Source: Nocardiaceae bacterium (GTDB lineage: Bacteria > Actinomycetota > Actinomycetes > Mycobacteriales > Mycobacteriaceae). Taken from it: DNA of 64,000 nt. Position numbers and translations under genes: made by a program. Within the stretch, counting starts at the first letter, position 1; the number at the start of each line of letters is the position of its first letter. This document shows positions 28,773-39,335 of the stretch, piece by piece. The DNA is taken from the NCBI GenBank assembly GCA_021372355.1, contig JAJFUQ010000066.1:962-64961 (forward strand). The letters run 5' to 3'. The notes beneath the pieces were generated by a model. The model saw only the letters and a list, made by a program, of their open reading frames with translations, made no database searches and was not told the DNA's origin.

Positions 28773-31700
28773 GTGACCGAGAGTTACCCCCGCGTCGAAT
28801 ACACCGGCAACGACTTCCCTGCGCTCGAGGAACAAGTTCTCGCGCAGTGGGCCGCCGACGATACGTTCCGGGAGAGCATCGCCGCTCGGGAAGGCAACGA
28901 GGAATTCGTCTTCTACGACGGCCCGCCCTTCGCCAACGGCCTCCCGCACTATGGCCACCTCCTTACTGGGTACGTCAAGGACCTCGTCCCGCGCTACCAG
29001 ACGATGCGCGGCTACAAGGTCGACCGTCGCTTCGGGTGGGATACGCACGGACTGCCGGCCGAGCTCGAGGCCGAGAAGCAGCTCGGCATCAAGACCGGTG
29101 ACATCTCCGGCATGGGCATCGCGAAGTTCAACGACTTCTGCAAGCAGTCGGTGCTCCGCTACACCGACGAGTGGCGCGACTACGTGACGCGTCAGGCGCG
29201 CTGGGTCGACTTCGACAACGACTACAAGACCCTCGACATCGACTACATGGAGTCGGTGATGTGGGCGTTCAAGGCGCTCTACGACAAGGGCTTGGTCTAC
29301 CAGGGCTTCCGCGTGCTCCCGTATTCCTGGTATGAGCAGACTCCGCTGTCGAATCAAGAGTCGAAGCTCGACGATGCGTACAAGATGCGCCAGGACCCGG
29401 CCGTCACCGTGAAGATGCCGCTGACCAGTGGAAAGTTCGCCGGTTCGAACGCCATCATCTGGACGACCACGCCGTGGACGCTGCCGTCGAACCTCGCGAT
29501 CGCGGTCAACCCGGAAGTCGACTACGTCCACGTCGAAGGCAAGGACGGCGAAAAGTACATCCTCGCCGCCGAGCGGGTCGGCCACTATGCACGCGAGCTG
29601 GGCGAGGAGCCTCAGGTTCTCGACACGGTCAAGGGTGCCGAACTTCTGGGCGCGACGTACACGCCTCCGTTCGACTACTTCGTCGAAGAACGGCCGAACG
29701 CGTTCGTCGTGCTTCCGGCCGACTACGTCACGACCGACTCCGGTACCGGAATCGTCCACCAGGCTCCGGCCTTCGGTGAGGACGACATGGACACGTGCAC
29801 GAAGGCCGGAATCGAGCTCGTGCAGCCGCTCGACGCCGGCGGCAAGTTCACCTCGCTTGTGCCGGACTACGAGGGCCAGGTCGTCTTCGACGCGAACCCG
29901 AACATCATCAAGGACCTCAAGGCCGAGGGAAAGATCCTTCGCCAGGAGACGATCGACCACAGCTATCCGCACTCGTGGCGTTCGGGTCAGCCGCTGATCT
30001 ACATGGCGGTGCCGTCGTGGTTCGTCGCAGTCACGACGTTCCGCGACCGCATGGTCGAGCTGAACCAGCAGATCACGTGGGTGCCCGAGCACATCCGCGA
30101 CGGCCAGTTCGGCAAGTGGCTCGAAGGTGCCCGCGACTGGAACATCTCGCGTAACCGCTACTGGGGTGCGCCGATCCCGGTGTGGATCAGCGATGACCCG
30201 GCGTACCCGCGCGTCGACGTCTACGGTTCGCTCGATGAACTCGAGCGCGACTTCGGCATGCGCCCGACGGATCTGCACCGCCCGATGATCGATGAGCTCG
30301 TGCGTCCGAACCCGGACGATCCGACGGGCAAGTCGATGATGCGCCGAACCCCCGAGGTTCTCGACTGCTGGTTCGAGTCAGGCTCGATGCCGTTCGCGCA
30401 GGTGCATTACCCGTTCGAGAACCAGGACTGGTTCGACACGCACTTCCCGGGCGACTTCATCGTCGAGTACAACGGCCAGACGCGCGGTTGGTTCTACAAC
30501 CTGCACGTGCTGTCGACGGCGTTGTTCGATGCACCCGCATTCAAGTCGGTGGTCGCGCACGGCATCGTGCTCGGCAGCGACGGCCAGAAGATGTCGAAGA
30601 GCAAGGGCAACTACCCGAACGTCAACGAGGTCTTCGACCGCGACGGTTCGGACGCGATGCGCTGGTTCCTCATGGCCTCTCCGATCCTGCGTGGTGGAAA
30701 CCTCGTGGTGACCGAGCGCGGTATCCGGGAAGGTGCAGCTCAGGCGCTACGTCCATTGTGGAATTCCTGGACGTTCCTCCAGCTTTACGCGCCGAAGGCC
30801 GGTACGTGGCGCACCGATTCGTCGCACGTCCTTGACCGCTACATCCTTGCGAAGGTCGCTGACCTGCGCGAAGAGATGACCTCGGCCCTGGATGTCTACG
30901 ACATCGCGGGTGCATGTGAGTCTCTGCGTTTGTTCGCCGATGCCCTCACCAACTGGTACGTGCGACGCTCACGTCAGCGATTCTGGGACGAGGACCAGGA
31001 CGCGATCGACACGCTGCACACGGTTCTCGAGATCACGACGCGTCTCGCGGCACCGCTGCTGCCGTTGGTCACCGAGGTCATCTGGCGTGGCCTCACGGGC
31101 GGACGCTCGGTGCATCTTGCCGACTGGCCGGACGCGCTGGTTCAGGACGCAGAACTCGTTGCGGCCATGGACGAGGTCCGCGAGGTGTGCTCGACCGTGC
31201 TGTCGTTGCGCAAGGCACAGAAGCTCCGGGTTCGACTTCCGCTGTCGGAGGTCACCGTGGCAGCGGGGGATGCGGAGCGCCTGCGGCCGTACGTCGACAT
31301 CATCGCCGACGAAGTCAACGTCAAGCGCGTCGATCTCACCACCGACGTCGATGCGCACGGCCGCTTCGAGCTCGTGGTCAACGCGAAAGCAGCCGGTCCG
31401 CGCATCGGTCGCGAAGTCCAGAACGTCATCAAGGCGGTCAAGGCGGGCGAGTGGACCGAGGTTGACGGTGTCGTCACCGCGGCCGGCATCGAGTTGCTGC
31501 CCGACGAATACACCCAGCGTCTGGTCGCCGCCGAACCGGATTCGACTGCTGCGCTGCCGGAGAACCGTGGTCTCGTCGTGCTGAACTCGCACGTCACAGA
31601 GGAACTCGAAGCTGAGGGCTGGGCGCGAGACCTCATCCGCGAGCTACAGGAGGCCCGGAAGAACGCGGGGCTCAACGTCTCGGACCGCATCAACCTCGTG

Positions 31701-31856
31701 GTTGCGGTGCCGTCCGACTGCCTCGTGTGGGCCGAGCGTCACCGCGACCTCATCGCCGGGGAAGTCCTCGCGACGACGCTGGAATTCGGCAAGGGCGACG
31801 GTGAGGGCGCCGAATTGGCGGGTGGCTCGCGAGCCTGGATCTCGGTCGCGCGCTAG
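28773..31856 (+). CDS. ileS: Isoleucine--tRNA ligase (type 2)
   Basis: [16 protein letters not shown] (HIGH), [22 protein letters not shown] and [10 protein letters not shown] (KMSKS). GAGGAG RBS. Confidence 0.98.
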   Translation: MTESYPRVEYTGNDFPALEEQVLAQWAADDTFRESIAAREGNEEFVFYDGPPFANGLPHYGHLLTGYVKDLVPRYQTMRGYKVDRRFGWDTHGLPAELEAEKQLGIKTGDISGMGIAKFNDFCKQSVLRYTDEWRDYVTRQARWVDFDNDYKTLDIDYMESVMWAFKALYDKGLVYQGFRVLPYSWYEQTPLSNQESKLDDAYKMRQDPAVTVKMPLTSGKFAGSNAIIWTTTPWTLPSNLAIAVNPEVDYVHVEGKDGEKYILAAERVGHYARELGEEPQVLDTVKGAELLGATYTPPFDYFVEERPNAFVVLPADYVTTDSGTGIVHQAPAFGEDDMDTCTKAGIELVQPLDAGGKFTSLVPDYEGQVVFDANPNIIKDLKAEGKILRQETIDHSYPHSWRSGQPLIYMAVPSWFVAVTTFRDRMVELNQQITWVPEHIRDGQFGKWLEGARDWNISRNRYWGAPIPVWISDDPAYPRVDVYGSLDELERDFGMRPTDLHRPMIDELVRPNPDDPTGKSMMRRTPEVLDCWFESGSMPFAQVHYPFENQDWFDTHFPGDFIVEYNGQTRGWFYNLHVLSTALFDAPAFKSVVAHGIVLGSDGQKMSKSKGNYPNVNEVFDRDGSDAMRWFLMASPILRGGNLVVTERGIREGAAQALRPLWNSWTFLQLYAPKAGTWRTDSSHVLDRYILAKVADLREEMTSALDVYDIAGACESLRLFADALTNWYVRRSRQRFWDEDQDAIDTLHTVLEITTRLAAPLLPLVTEVIWRGLTGGRSVHLADWPDALVQDAELVAAMDEVREVCSTVLSLRKAQKLRVRLPLSEVTVAAGDAERLRPYVDIIADEVNVKRVDLTTDVDAHGRFELVVNAKAAGPRIGREVQNVIKAVKAGEWTEVDGVVTAAGIELLPDEYTQRLVAAEPDSTAALPENRGLVVLNSHVTEELEAEGWARDLIRELQEARKNAGLNVSDRINLVVAVPSDCLVWAERHRDLIAGEVLATTLEFGKGDGEGAELAGGSRAWISVAR

Positions 31857-31860
31857 GACG

Positions 31861-31934
31861 AAACGATTCGGTGCTTCGCGGACAAGATCATCGACATATA
31901 TCGATGACGGCGCCGGGGGAGCACCGAATCGTTT
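31861..31934. terminator. Compound hairpin between convergent ileS and VOC genes
   Basis: 15-bp IR AAACGATTCGGTGCT / AGCACCGAATCGTTT enclosing an inner TCATCGA-catata-TCGATGA hairpin. Confidence 0.6.
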
Positions 31935-31936
31935 GG

Positions 31937-32653
31937 CTAACCGGGATCGCGGTCAGTGATGCAGTAGGGATGGCCGGAGGGATCGTGCAGCACGGTCCAC
32001 CGGTCGTTCTCTTTGGCGACGGTGGCACCCAAAGCGACGTGACGCGCAGTCTCTGCTGCGCGGTCGTTCGTTGCGAAGTCGATGTGCGCGCCCGCGGGAC
32101 CGTCGTCGAGGCGTTGCAGCAAAAGTCGGATCCGCTGGTCGGCCGGACGCTCGAGGTTCCGGAATTCCGCGAACCAGCGCGACTGCCCGAGCGGTCGATT
32201 CGTGACCGCGGCCCAGAATTCGCACTCGGCGTCGAATGAATCTGGCGGGATGTCCAGCGATATCTGGTCCGCGACCGATCTGTGCGGCCACGATGCCGGT
32301 GCGGGCACTTTACTTGCGGGGTCGTCGACGAAGCAGAACACAATCCCCGTGGGCGACCGCATCACGATCCATTCGCTGAAGTCCGAAATCTCTGCGGCAC
32401 CGCGGGACACGGCATGTTCGGCGGCCGCACGCACGTCGTGGACGTGCAGGTCGAGGTGCACGCGGCTCGGTCCGTCGTGGAGGCGCTGTAGCCGGAGGTA
32501 GACGTCGCCGTCGGGCGGTACGAGGCCCGCAAATTCACCCTGGGTGCCGCGTTCCGGGGAGATGTCATACCCGGTGGCCGCGCTCCAGAACGTCGACCCC
32601 GCGTCGTGGGCATCCGGCGTGAAGTCGAGGAAGGCACTGATCCAGAACACCAC
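31937..32653 (-). CDS. VOC/glyoxalase-like two-domain protein
   Basis: Duplicated units: FWSAATG...RVHLDLHV...[10 protein letters not shown] and FWAAVT...AHIDFAT...[10 protein letters not shown]. Confidence 0.85.
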   Translation of the reverse strand: MVFWISAFLDFTPDAHDAGSTFWSAATGYDISPERGTQGEFAGLVPPDGDVYLRLQRLHDGPSRVHLDLHVHDVRAAAEHAVSRGAAEISDFSEWIVMRSPTGIVFCFVDDPASKVPAPASWPHRSVADQISLDIPPDSFDAECEFWAAVTNRPLGQSRWFAEFRNLERPADQRIRLLLQRLDDGPAGAHIDFATNDRAAETARHVALGATVAKENDRWTVLHDPSGHPYCITDRDPG

Positions 32654-32675
32654 GAACCTAGGCTACGTTCGGACT

Positions 32676-33989
32676 GTGCCGCGCTGGGTTGTTCACCTCG
32701 ACATGGATGCGTTCTTCGCGTCGGTCGAGCAGTTGACCCGGCCGACGCTGCGTGGCCGGCCGGTCCTGGTGGGCGGCACTGGCGGTCGCGGAGTGGTCGC
32801 GGGTGCGAGCTACGAGGCACGGGTGTTCGGCGCCCGATCGGCAATGCCGATGCACCAGGCCCGCCGGATGATCGGGGTTACCGCAGTGGTTCTGCCGCCG
32901 CGAATCGGTCTGTACTCGGTGGTAAGCCGTCAGGTGTTCGACGTCGTGCGGCAACGAATGCCGGTTCTCGAGATGCTGTCCTTCGATGAGGCGTTCGGGG
33001 AACCACTGCAACTGAAAAGCGCCTCAGCCGAGGAAGCGGCTCAGTTCGCGCTGGACCTACGCCAGGTAGTCCTCGACGAGTGCGCACTGTCGTGCTCGGT
33101 CGGCGTGGGCCCGGGAAAGCAGGTCGCGAAAATCGCGTCCGGGATGGCGAAGCCGGGCGGGGTGAAAGTGGTGACCGCTGCCGAACAGGAGACGTTTCTC
33201 GCGGCGCTCCCCGTGCGCAAGTTGTGGGGGATCGGGCCGGTCGCCGAGGGGCGACTGCGAACCGCCGGCATCGAAACCGTCGGTGCGCTCGCCGCGCTCA
33301 CCGAGCAGGAGGCAGCGTCGCTGCTGGGCGGAACGAGCGGTTTGGCGCTGCACCGTCTCGCCCGCGGAATCGACGATCGACCGGTCGAGGAGAGAGGTGA
33401 GGCGAAGCAGATCAGCGTCGAGTCGACCTTCGCCGCGGACATCATCACGCTGGCTGAACTGCGGGTTGCTGTGCGGTCGCTGGCAGCCTCGGCGCACACG
33501 CGGTTGCGGCGCGACGGGCGCGCAGCGCGAACCGTCGTCGTCAAATTGAAGAAGTCGGATATGAGTGTTCTCACGCGATCGGCCACATTTCCGGCTCCGA
33601 CGGCCGATCTCGACGACCTCACGGCAGCCGCCCTCCGACTCGTGCTCGATCCGGTGACAATCGGGCCCGTTCGGCTCGCCGGGGTCGGCTTCGGGGGATT
33701 GGCGTCGACCGACCAGAGTGCGTTGTTTTCCATGGATTCCGGTGAAACACATTCGGAGACCGAAGAATCCGCGCCAACGCCGGAAACGGTCGAAAAGCCT
33801 CCGGCGGCGTGGCGTCCGGGTGATGACGTGCACCATCCCGAATTCGGCCACGGCTGGGTGCAAGGCGGGGGTCACGGGGTCGTGTCGATCCGGTTCGAGA
33901 CCCGGTCGACCGGACCTGGAGTGATGCGAACGTTTGCCGTAGACGATGCCGCATTGTCACCTGCCGATCCGCTGGACAGCCTGCACTGA
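32676..33989 (+). CDS. dinB: DNA polymerase IV (DinB1/DinX-like)
   Basis: [43 protein letters not shown] and LWGIGP, a QSALF clamp-like motif, and an extra C-terminal domain. Confidence 0.95.
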   Translation: MPRWVVHLDMDAFFASVEQLTRPTLRGRPVLVGGTGGRGVVAGASYEARVFGARSAMPMHQARRMIGVTAVVLPPRIGLYSVVSRQVFDVVRQRMPVLEMLSFDEAFGEPLQLKSASAEEAAQFALDLRQVVLDECALSCSVGVGPGKQVAKIASGMAKPGGVKVVTAAEQETFLAALPVRKLWGIGPVAEGRLRTAGIETVGALAALTEQEAASLLGGTSGLALHRLARGIDDRPVEERGEAKQISVESTFAADIITLAELRVAVRSLAASAHTRLRRDGRAARTVVVKLKKSDMSVLTRSATFPAPTADLDDLTAAALRLVLDPVTIGPVRLAGVGFGGLASTDQSALFSMDSGETHSETEESAPTPETVEKPPAAWRPGDDVHHPEFGHGWVQGGGHGVVSIRFETRSTGPGVMRTFAVDDAALSPADPLDSLH

Positions 33990-34079
33990 CAGGTAGGGTG
34001 GGAAGCCGTTAGCGGTGCCAGCGTTGAATTGGCAACCGCTGGAGTTAGACCCGAAGAGTAGATAGAGAAGGACTCTGGC

Positions 34080-34574
34080 GTGAAGTTTCGCAAGACTGGT
34101 GCCGCCATCATGGCCGCCGCTGCTTTGTCGTTGTCGCTTGGATTGACCGGTTGTTCGTCTTCCGATGGTGGCACCACCGGTACCAAGACCTCTGTCGAGA
34201 AGTCTCAGGTACCGCCGCCGACCGCCGCGGAGCTCAACACCGCCCTCAAGAACGCCCTCGGCGGTACTGGGGACGACGCCGAGAGCACCGCGTGGATCGA
34301 GGGTGCCGAGGACGACCCGAACCTCATCCCGAGCCTGGTGAAGTCGCAGAAGGACTCCGGCGCGACGATCAAGCTGTCGAAGGTCGACGCCACGGGTGTC
34401 GTGGACGGCTCGCCGACCGCGAGTGCCAGCGGTGAGTGGACGGTCAACGGCCAGACCAACCCGCTGACGGTTCCGCTTGTCTACATCGACAAGCACTGGA
34501 AGGTCAGCAAGGAATGGACCTGCAACATGCTGCAGGCCAGCAACCAGTCTTCCAAGATCTGCCCGGCTGCCTGA
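34080..34574 (+). CDS. Lipoprotein, Mtb12/CFP2-like fold suspected
   Basis: Lipobox LTGC, then PPPTAAELNTAL and VPLVYIDKHWKVSKEWTC. Family assignment is from recall only. Confidence 0.6.
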   Translation: MKFRKTGAAIMAAAALSLSLGLTGCSSSDGGTTGTKTSVEKSQVPPPTAAELNTALKNALGGTGDDAESTAWIEGAEDDPNLIPSLVKSQKDSGATIKLSKVDATGVVDGSPTASASGEWTVNGQTNPLTVPLVYIDKHWKVSKEWTCNMLQASNQSSKICPAA

Positions 34575-34585
34575 TCGAGCCACGC

Positions 34586-34620
34586 GAAGCGCCCGCCCTC
34601 TCTCGGAGGGCGGGCGCTTC
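34586..34620. terminator. Bidirectional terminator hairpin
   Basis: Perfect 15-bp stem GAAGCGCCCGCCCTC / GAGGGCGGGCGCTTC between convergent genes. Confidence 0.75.
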
Positions 34621-34625
34621 GGCGT

Positions 34626-35330
34626 TCACTTGATGTCGCGGATCTTCGACGCCTGCTTGTCGACGAGATCGGTCAAAACCTGCGGTGCGATAGGGCTGGT
34701 ACCCGTCGCTGCGAACTGAACGATCGTCGTGCCGACGACCATGACGACGACGTCACTCGTGAGAGTGACGCCCTCGCTCTCGGTCAGCATGCGGATCGAA
34801 ACCGAGGAGTCTCCGCTCTTGGGGCGGTCCAGACTGCCGAGTGTGAAGCTGATCTTGACGCCGTCGCCGTCCTTGCCGGAGTACTCGGTGCACTTCGCGA
34901 ACAAGTCCTGGACGTGCGCGAAGGCGCCGGCAACCGCGGACGGTGAGTAGCTCGCCGCGTCGATGTCGATGCTGCTGAAGTCTGTGCCCTGGAATCGGCC
35001 GAGGGCTCGACCGGTGGCACCGGGGGACACGTCTGCGATCTGTTCGAGCACGGCAGAGCACTCCGGAGGGTCGGTTGGCGACTCGTTCTTGGTCGGCGAC
35101 GGCTGGGCGGCGCTGGTTTCGATCGAGGGATCGACCAGTGCGCCGAAGCCAACCGGAAGCTCGGATTCGGTGAGCAACGCGGCCATCAGCTTTGCGGTGT
35201 CGGGCACCCCGGTGTTCGCGGCAGGCGGCGACATAGTTACCGAAGGGCCGAGGTCCGGGAGGTCGTTGTTGTCGCTCGAGCAGCCGGCGACCAGCAGTGC
35301 CGCGGCGAGAACGGCGGGCGTGCATTTCAC
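34626..35330 (-). CDS. Lipoprotein, possibly PknH-like extracellular/sensor domain
   Basis: Lipobox VAGC, LLTESELP, and a Cys pair (PPEC...FAKC). GTGA overlap with the upstream gene. Confidence 0.6.
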   Translation of the reverse strand: MKCTPAVLAAALLVAGCSSDNNDLPDLGPSVTMSPPAANTGVPDTAKLMAALLTESELPVGFGALVDPSIETSAAQPSPTKNESPTDPPECSAVLEQIADVSPGATGRALGRFQGTDFSSIDIDAASYSPSAVAGAFAHVQDLFAKCTEYSGKDGDGVKISFTLGSLDRPKSGDSSVSIRMLTESEGVTLTSDVVVMVVGTTIVQFAATGTSPIAPQVLTDLVDKQASKIRDIK

Positions 35331-36223
35331 TGGCGATCCCATTCGACCCGTGTCGTCGAGGTCTGGCGCAGCGAGTTGGTGCCGTTCGGATCGACGTAGC
35401 TCTCTTCGCCGGTGAGCGTGAGATGAGCTTCGACCGGCACCGGCTGGGACAGATCCAGGATGATGCGACCGCCGCCGGTCATGGAGTACTTGTCGATCTT
35501 GAGAGTGCCCTGACCGTCCGGAAGATTCCACACCGACGACCGCGGCTCTTGAACGACATGAATGTCGAGGGTCAGCTGGTCGCCGGCGCGTTCGACGAGA
35601 GTCACTTCGGAGATCTGCTGGACCGGCATCGTCCCGAGGACGTCACGACGCACTCGCCACGTGGCGCCGACTCCGACCGCTTCTCCGGGCAGGCTCATCG
35701 AATATTGCACCGCAAGCAAGAAACTTTGCTCGATCGCGGCGCGGGCGTTGTCGTCGGCGGCGTCGACGGGTCGGAGCCACAATGCGGTCAGGCTTCCGTT
35801 GGCGCCGAACTTCCAGCCCGCGCGCCCGCCAGCGGCCGTTTCGAGCGACTTTTTGAGTGGCGCCTCCGGGCACGTGGCCTGGCCGAGAGTCAGTTCGATG
35901 TCGTTCGTCGACGCGGTCGCGGTAACCGGGATCGTCATTTCCGGGTTTGGAACATCCTGTGGCGCTTGCGAATTCATTCGCTGCTCGACTGTGTACCCGG
36001 TGCGGAGCGTCGCCTGCTGAGTCTTGTTGGCATCCGGGTGGAAGGTGAGGACGTCACGTGGTGCCGCGCCTGGATCGACGAGTTCGACGACGGACGTGGG
36101 CAAAGGAACCGTCACAGCCGAGGTGACCAACGGGCCGTTTGTCTGGGCCTCGGACCCATTGCCACAACCCGTGATCAGGACGGCCATCGTTGCGGTCACC
36201 GCAACCCACTGCGCTCGAATCAC
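35327..36223 (-). CDS. Lipoprotein of unknown function
   Basis: Signal peptide with lipobox ITGC, VELVDPGAAPR, and PGEAVGVGATW. Confidence 0.65.
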   Translation of the reverse strand: MIRAQWVAVTATMAVLITGCGNGSEAQTNGPLVTSAVTVPLPTSVVELVDPGAAPRDVLTFHPDANKTQQATLRTGYTVEQRMNSQAPQDVPNPEMTIPVTATASTNDIELTLGQATCPEAPLKKSLETAAGGRAGWKFGANGSLTALWLRPVDAADDNARAAIEQSFLLAVQYSMSLPGEAVGVGATWRVRRDVLGTMPVQQISEVTLVERAGDQLTLDIHVVQEPRSSVWNLPDGQGTLKIDKYSMTGGGRIILDLSQPVPVEAHLTLTGEESYVDPNGTNSLRQTSTTRVEWDRQ

Positions 36224-36279
36224 GGTCCAAGGTTACTCACCCGAATTATGTGTCTTGCTGATAAGGGATGATGGATTGC

Positions 36280-36795
36280 GTGAGTACTGATCAGGAGGTG
36301 GCAATCGCTCCCATCCGACTGTCCCGGCTGCTGCTTGTGGCGGCCGCGGTTCTGGCGGCGGATCTCGCGACGAAGGTCGCAGCGGTCGCGTATCTGAAGC
36401 CCGGTGACCCCGTTTCAATCATCGGTGACGTCGTGACGCTGACCCTCGTCCGGAACGCGGGAGCGGCGTTCTCGATGGCAACCGGCATGACCTGGGTGCT
36501 GACTCTCATCGCTATCGGCGTCGTCATCGGCGTGGTGCGCATGGGCAGCAAGCTGCGTTCGTTGCCGTGGGCGATCGGGCTCGGGCTGGTTCTCGGCGGG
36601 GCGCTCGGCAATCTGACCGACCGCATCTTCCGGGCACCCGGGATCATGGAAGGCCACGTCGTCGACTTCTTCTCGGTCGGTTGGTGGCCGGTCTTCAACA
36701 TCGCCGATTCCGGCATCGTGTGCGGTGCGATTCTTCTCGTCGGGCTGACGTTCCTCGGCATCGAGCCGGACGGCACCCGCGGAGGGAACAAATGA
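36280..36795 (+). CDS. lspA: Lipoprotein signal peptidase II
   Basis: [29 protein letters not shown] and [10 protein letters not shown]. Confidence 0.97.
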   Translation: MSTDQEVAIAPIRLSRLLLVAAAVLAADLATKVAAVAYLKPGDPVSIIGDVVTLTLVRNAGAAFSMATGMTWVLTLIAIGVVIGVVRMGSKLRSLPWAIGLGLVLGGALGNLTDRIFRAPGIMEGHVVDFFSVGWWPVFNIADSGIVCGAILLVGLTFLGIEPDGTRGGNK

Positions 36796-37718
36796 GAGAA
36801 AGCAAGTTGCTGCCCATCCCGGACGGCCTGGATGGCATGCGCGTCGACGCTGGACTGTCGCGACTGCTGGGGATGTCCCGGACCGCGGTCGCGCTGCTCG
36901 CCGACGAAGGTTCGATCACTGCGGACGGCAAGGCGCTCGGAAAATCGGACAAGCTCGCGTCCGGCCAGTGGGTCGACGTCGAACTGCCTGAGCCCAAGCG
37001 TGAGTTGACGATCGAAGCCGTGCCGGTCGAGGGCCTGAAGGTTCTCTACGCCGACGACGACCTCATCGTCGTCGACAAGCCCGTCGGCGTTGCGGCACAC
37101 ACCGGCGTCGGCTGGACGGGTCCGACGGTTCTCGGGGGCCTCGTCGCCGCTGGGTATCGCATCTCGACCTCGGGCGCGGCAGAGCGTCAGGGCATCGTCT
37201 CGCGACTCGACGTCGGAACCTCGGGCGCGATGGTGGTAGCTGCCTCCGAGCGTGCATACACGCACCTCAAGCGGGCTTTCAAGCATCGTGAGGTGACCAA
37301 GAAGTACCACGCGTTGGTGCAGGGTCATCCGGATCCGAGCAGTGGCACGATCGACGCGCCGATCGGTCGGCACCGGAGTTCGGACTGGAAGTTCGCGGTC
37401 ACGTCCGAGGGGCGCCCGAGCATCACGCACTACGACACGATCGAGGCGTTCGCAGCGGCGAGCCTCGTCGACATTCACCTCGAGACCGGTCGAACCCATC
37501 AGATTCGTGTGCACTTCGCGGCGATCAAGCACCCGTGCTGCGGCGACACGATGTACGGCGCGGACCCGAAGCTTGCGCAGCGACTCGGTCTCGAGCGGCA
37601 ATGGCTGCACGCGAAGTCGATCGGGTTCACGCATCCGGCGGACGGGCGCTGGCTCGAGATCGAGAGCGATTATCCGGACGACCTGCAGCATGCCCTCGAC
37701 GTGCTGCGCAGTGCCTGA
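36792..37718 (+). CDS. RluA/RluD-family pseudouridine synthase
   Basis: S4 domain (RVDAGLSRL), [19 protein letters not shown] and [16 protein letters not shown] overlap with lspA. Confidence 0.95.
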   Translation: MRESKLLPIPDGLDGMRVDAGLSRLLGMSRTAVALLADEGSITADGKALGKSDKLASGQWVDVELPEPKRELTIEAVPVEGLKVLYADDDLIVVDKPVGVAAHTGVGWTGPTVLGGLVAAGYRISTSGAAERQGIVSRLDVGTSGAMVVAASERAYTHLKRAFKHREVTKKYHALVQGHPDPSSGTIDAPIGRHRSSDWKFAVTSEGRPSITHYDTIEAFAAASLVDIHLETGRTHQIRVHFAAIKHPCCGDTMYGADPKLAQRLGLERQWLHAKSIGFTHPADGRWLEIESDYPDDLQHALDVLRSA

Positions 37719-38604
37719 ACCTGATACTTCGGAACGCGGGGCAGTTCTCGGCGCCTCGGCGTTCTTCATCTGGGGGCTGTTTCCTGCATTCTTCGGACTG
37801 CTGAGCTTCGCCGGCGCAGTCGACGTGCTCGCGCACCGCGTCGTGTGGACCCTGGTCTTCGCGATCGCGGTGCTGTTGGTGTTGGGACGCATCCGCCAGC
37901 TCACGCGAATCGGGTTGCAGACCTGGGCACTCGTGGCGGCGGCGTCGGCGCTCATCACGATCAACTGGGGCACGTACATCTATGGCGTGATCAGCGGAAA
38001 CGTCGTCGAATGCGCCTTGGGTTACTTCATCACGCCACTCGTTGTGGTCGTGATCGGCGTCGTGCTCTTTCGGGAGAAGGTCAATCGGGCACAGGCGGGT
38101 GCCGTCGCATTGGCGGCAGTCGCCGTGGTGGTTCTGACAATCGACTATGGACACCCGCCGTGGCTCGCACTGATCCTGGCGGCCTCGTTTGCTTCATATG
38201 GCCTGGTCAAAAAGGTGGTTCCGCTCGAGCCCGTGCAGGGGCTGGCCGCCGAAGGTTTGATCGCGGCGCCGGTCGCGCTGGTCTTCCTCGTGGTGACGGC
38301 CGCTCAGTCTGGCCCCAGCGCGTCGACAGCGGGTCAGTGGGCGCTCCTCATCGTCACCGGGCCGGTGACGATGCTTCCTCTTGTCCTGTTCTCCGCAGCC
38401 GCTCAGCGTGTGCCGTTGGTGACTCTCGGCCTGCTGCAATACATCACCCCGGCGCTGCAGATGGCGTGGGGAGTGTGGGTGAATCATGAGCCGATGCCCG
38501 TCTCGCGTTGGATCGGATTCGGCCTCATCTGGGCTGCACTGACGGTGTTCACGGTCGATTCCGTGCGGCGGCTGCGGCAGGTTCCGGTCGTCGTGGCGGA
38601 CTAG
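37711..38604 (+). CDS. rarD: EamA-family transporter RarD
   Basis: [29 protein letters not shown] and GLLQYITP, with about 10 TM helices. Confidence 0.92.
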   Translation: MPEPDTSERGAVLGASAFFIWGLFPAFFGLLSFAGAVDVLAHRVVWTLVFAIAVLLVLGRIRQLTRIGLQTWALVAAASALITINWGTYIYGVISGNVVECALGYFITPLVVVVIGVVLFREKVNRAQAGAVALAAVAVVVLTIDYGHPPWLALILAASFASYGLVKKVVPLEPVQGLAAEGLIAAPVALVFLVVTAAQSGPSASTAGQWALLIVTGPVTMLPLVLFSAAAQRVPLVTLGLLQYITPALQMAWGVWVNHEPMPVSRWIGFGLIWAALTVFTVDSVRRLRQVPVVVAD

Positions 38605-38635
38605 TCGGCAGCGGCGTGCAAGGGATAGTTGTGTC

Positions 38636-39235
38636 ATGTCGTTCGAGTCAGTCCGAGCTGCGTACGGAGCTCGGGCGAGCGAGTACATCGAGGTCGTCGG
38701 CCATATCGATCATGTAGCCGCCGCTGATTTGGCACTCGTGGAGAGTTGGGCGCGGCGCGTCCAGGGGCAGGTGCTCGACGTGGGGTGCGGCCCGGGACAG
38801 TGGACGCATTTCCTCACCTGCCTCGGGGTCGAAGCCGAGGGGGTCGACCCCGTTCCCGAGTTCATCGAGAGCGCGCGGACCACCTACCCACGTGAGCACT
38901 ACCGGCTCGCCCGCGCTGAGCAGTGAGGTGTTGACGACGGCAGCCTCGGCGGCGTGCTTGCCTGGTACTCGCTCATTCACACTGAACCTGAGCAGATCGG
39001 CGCCGTATTCACAGAGTTCGCGCGGTGTATCCGGTCAGGCGGCGGGCTCGCGCTCGGATTCTTCACAGGCTCGAAGCTCGAACCGTTCGAGCACGCGGTC
39101 ACCACGGCGTACTACTGGCCGCTCGACCTCCTGGCGTCCACAGTCGAGGCGGCAGGTTTCGTCGTCACGCACGCCGAGTCACGACCGGACCGCCCCGCAC
39201 GAACGCTGGCCGCGGTCCTCGCGACGCGCATATGA
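38636..39235 (+). pseudogene. Class I SAM-dependent methyltransferase interrupted by an in-frame TGA (38924-38926)
   Basis: ORF 38636-38926 has VLDVGCGPG and GVDPVPEFI. The same frame continues GVDDGSLGGVLAWYSLIH...RSGG.LALGF to 39235, making one domain split by a single stop. Confidence 0.85.
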
Positions 39236-39335
39236 CTCGACCGGCAGGATCTGGTTCGGCGCGGCAAGGCTGAGCTTCCTGGTGGGGTCGTATCCCTCGA
39301 TCTGGTTGGCTGGCAATTAGCCTGGAGGGCAGTCG

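Noticed and set aside
32652-32672. CGAAC...GTTCG palindrome upstream of dinB as a LexA SOS box
   Set aside because: The spacer between GAAC and GTTC is 9 nt, whereas the actinobacterial SOS box is TCGAAC-N4-GTTCGA. It is better explained by two overlapping promoters.
38924-38960. Selenocysteine recoding of the in-frame TGA
   Set aside because: The position is not a catalytic Cys site in class I methyltransferases, no SECIS-like hairpin sits at the expected distance, and no sel genes are in view.
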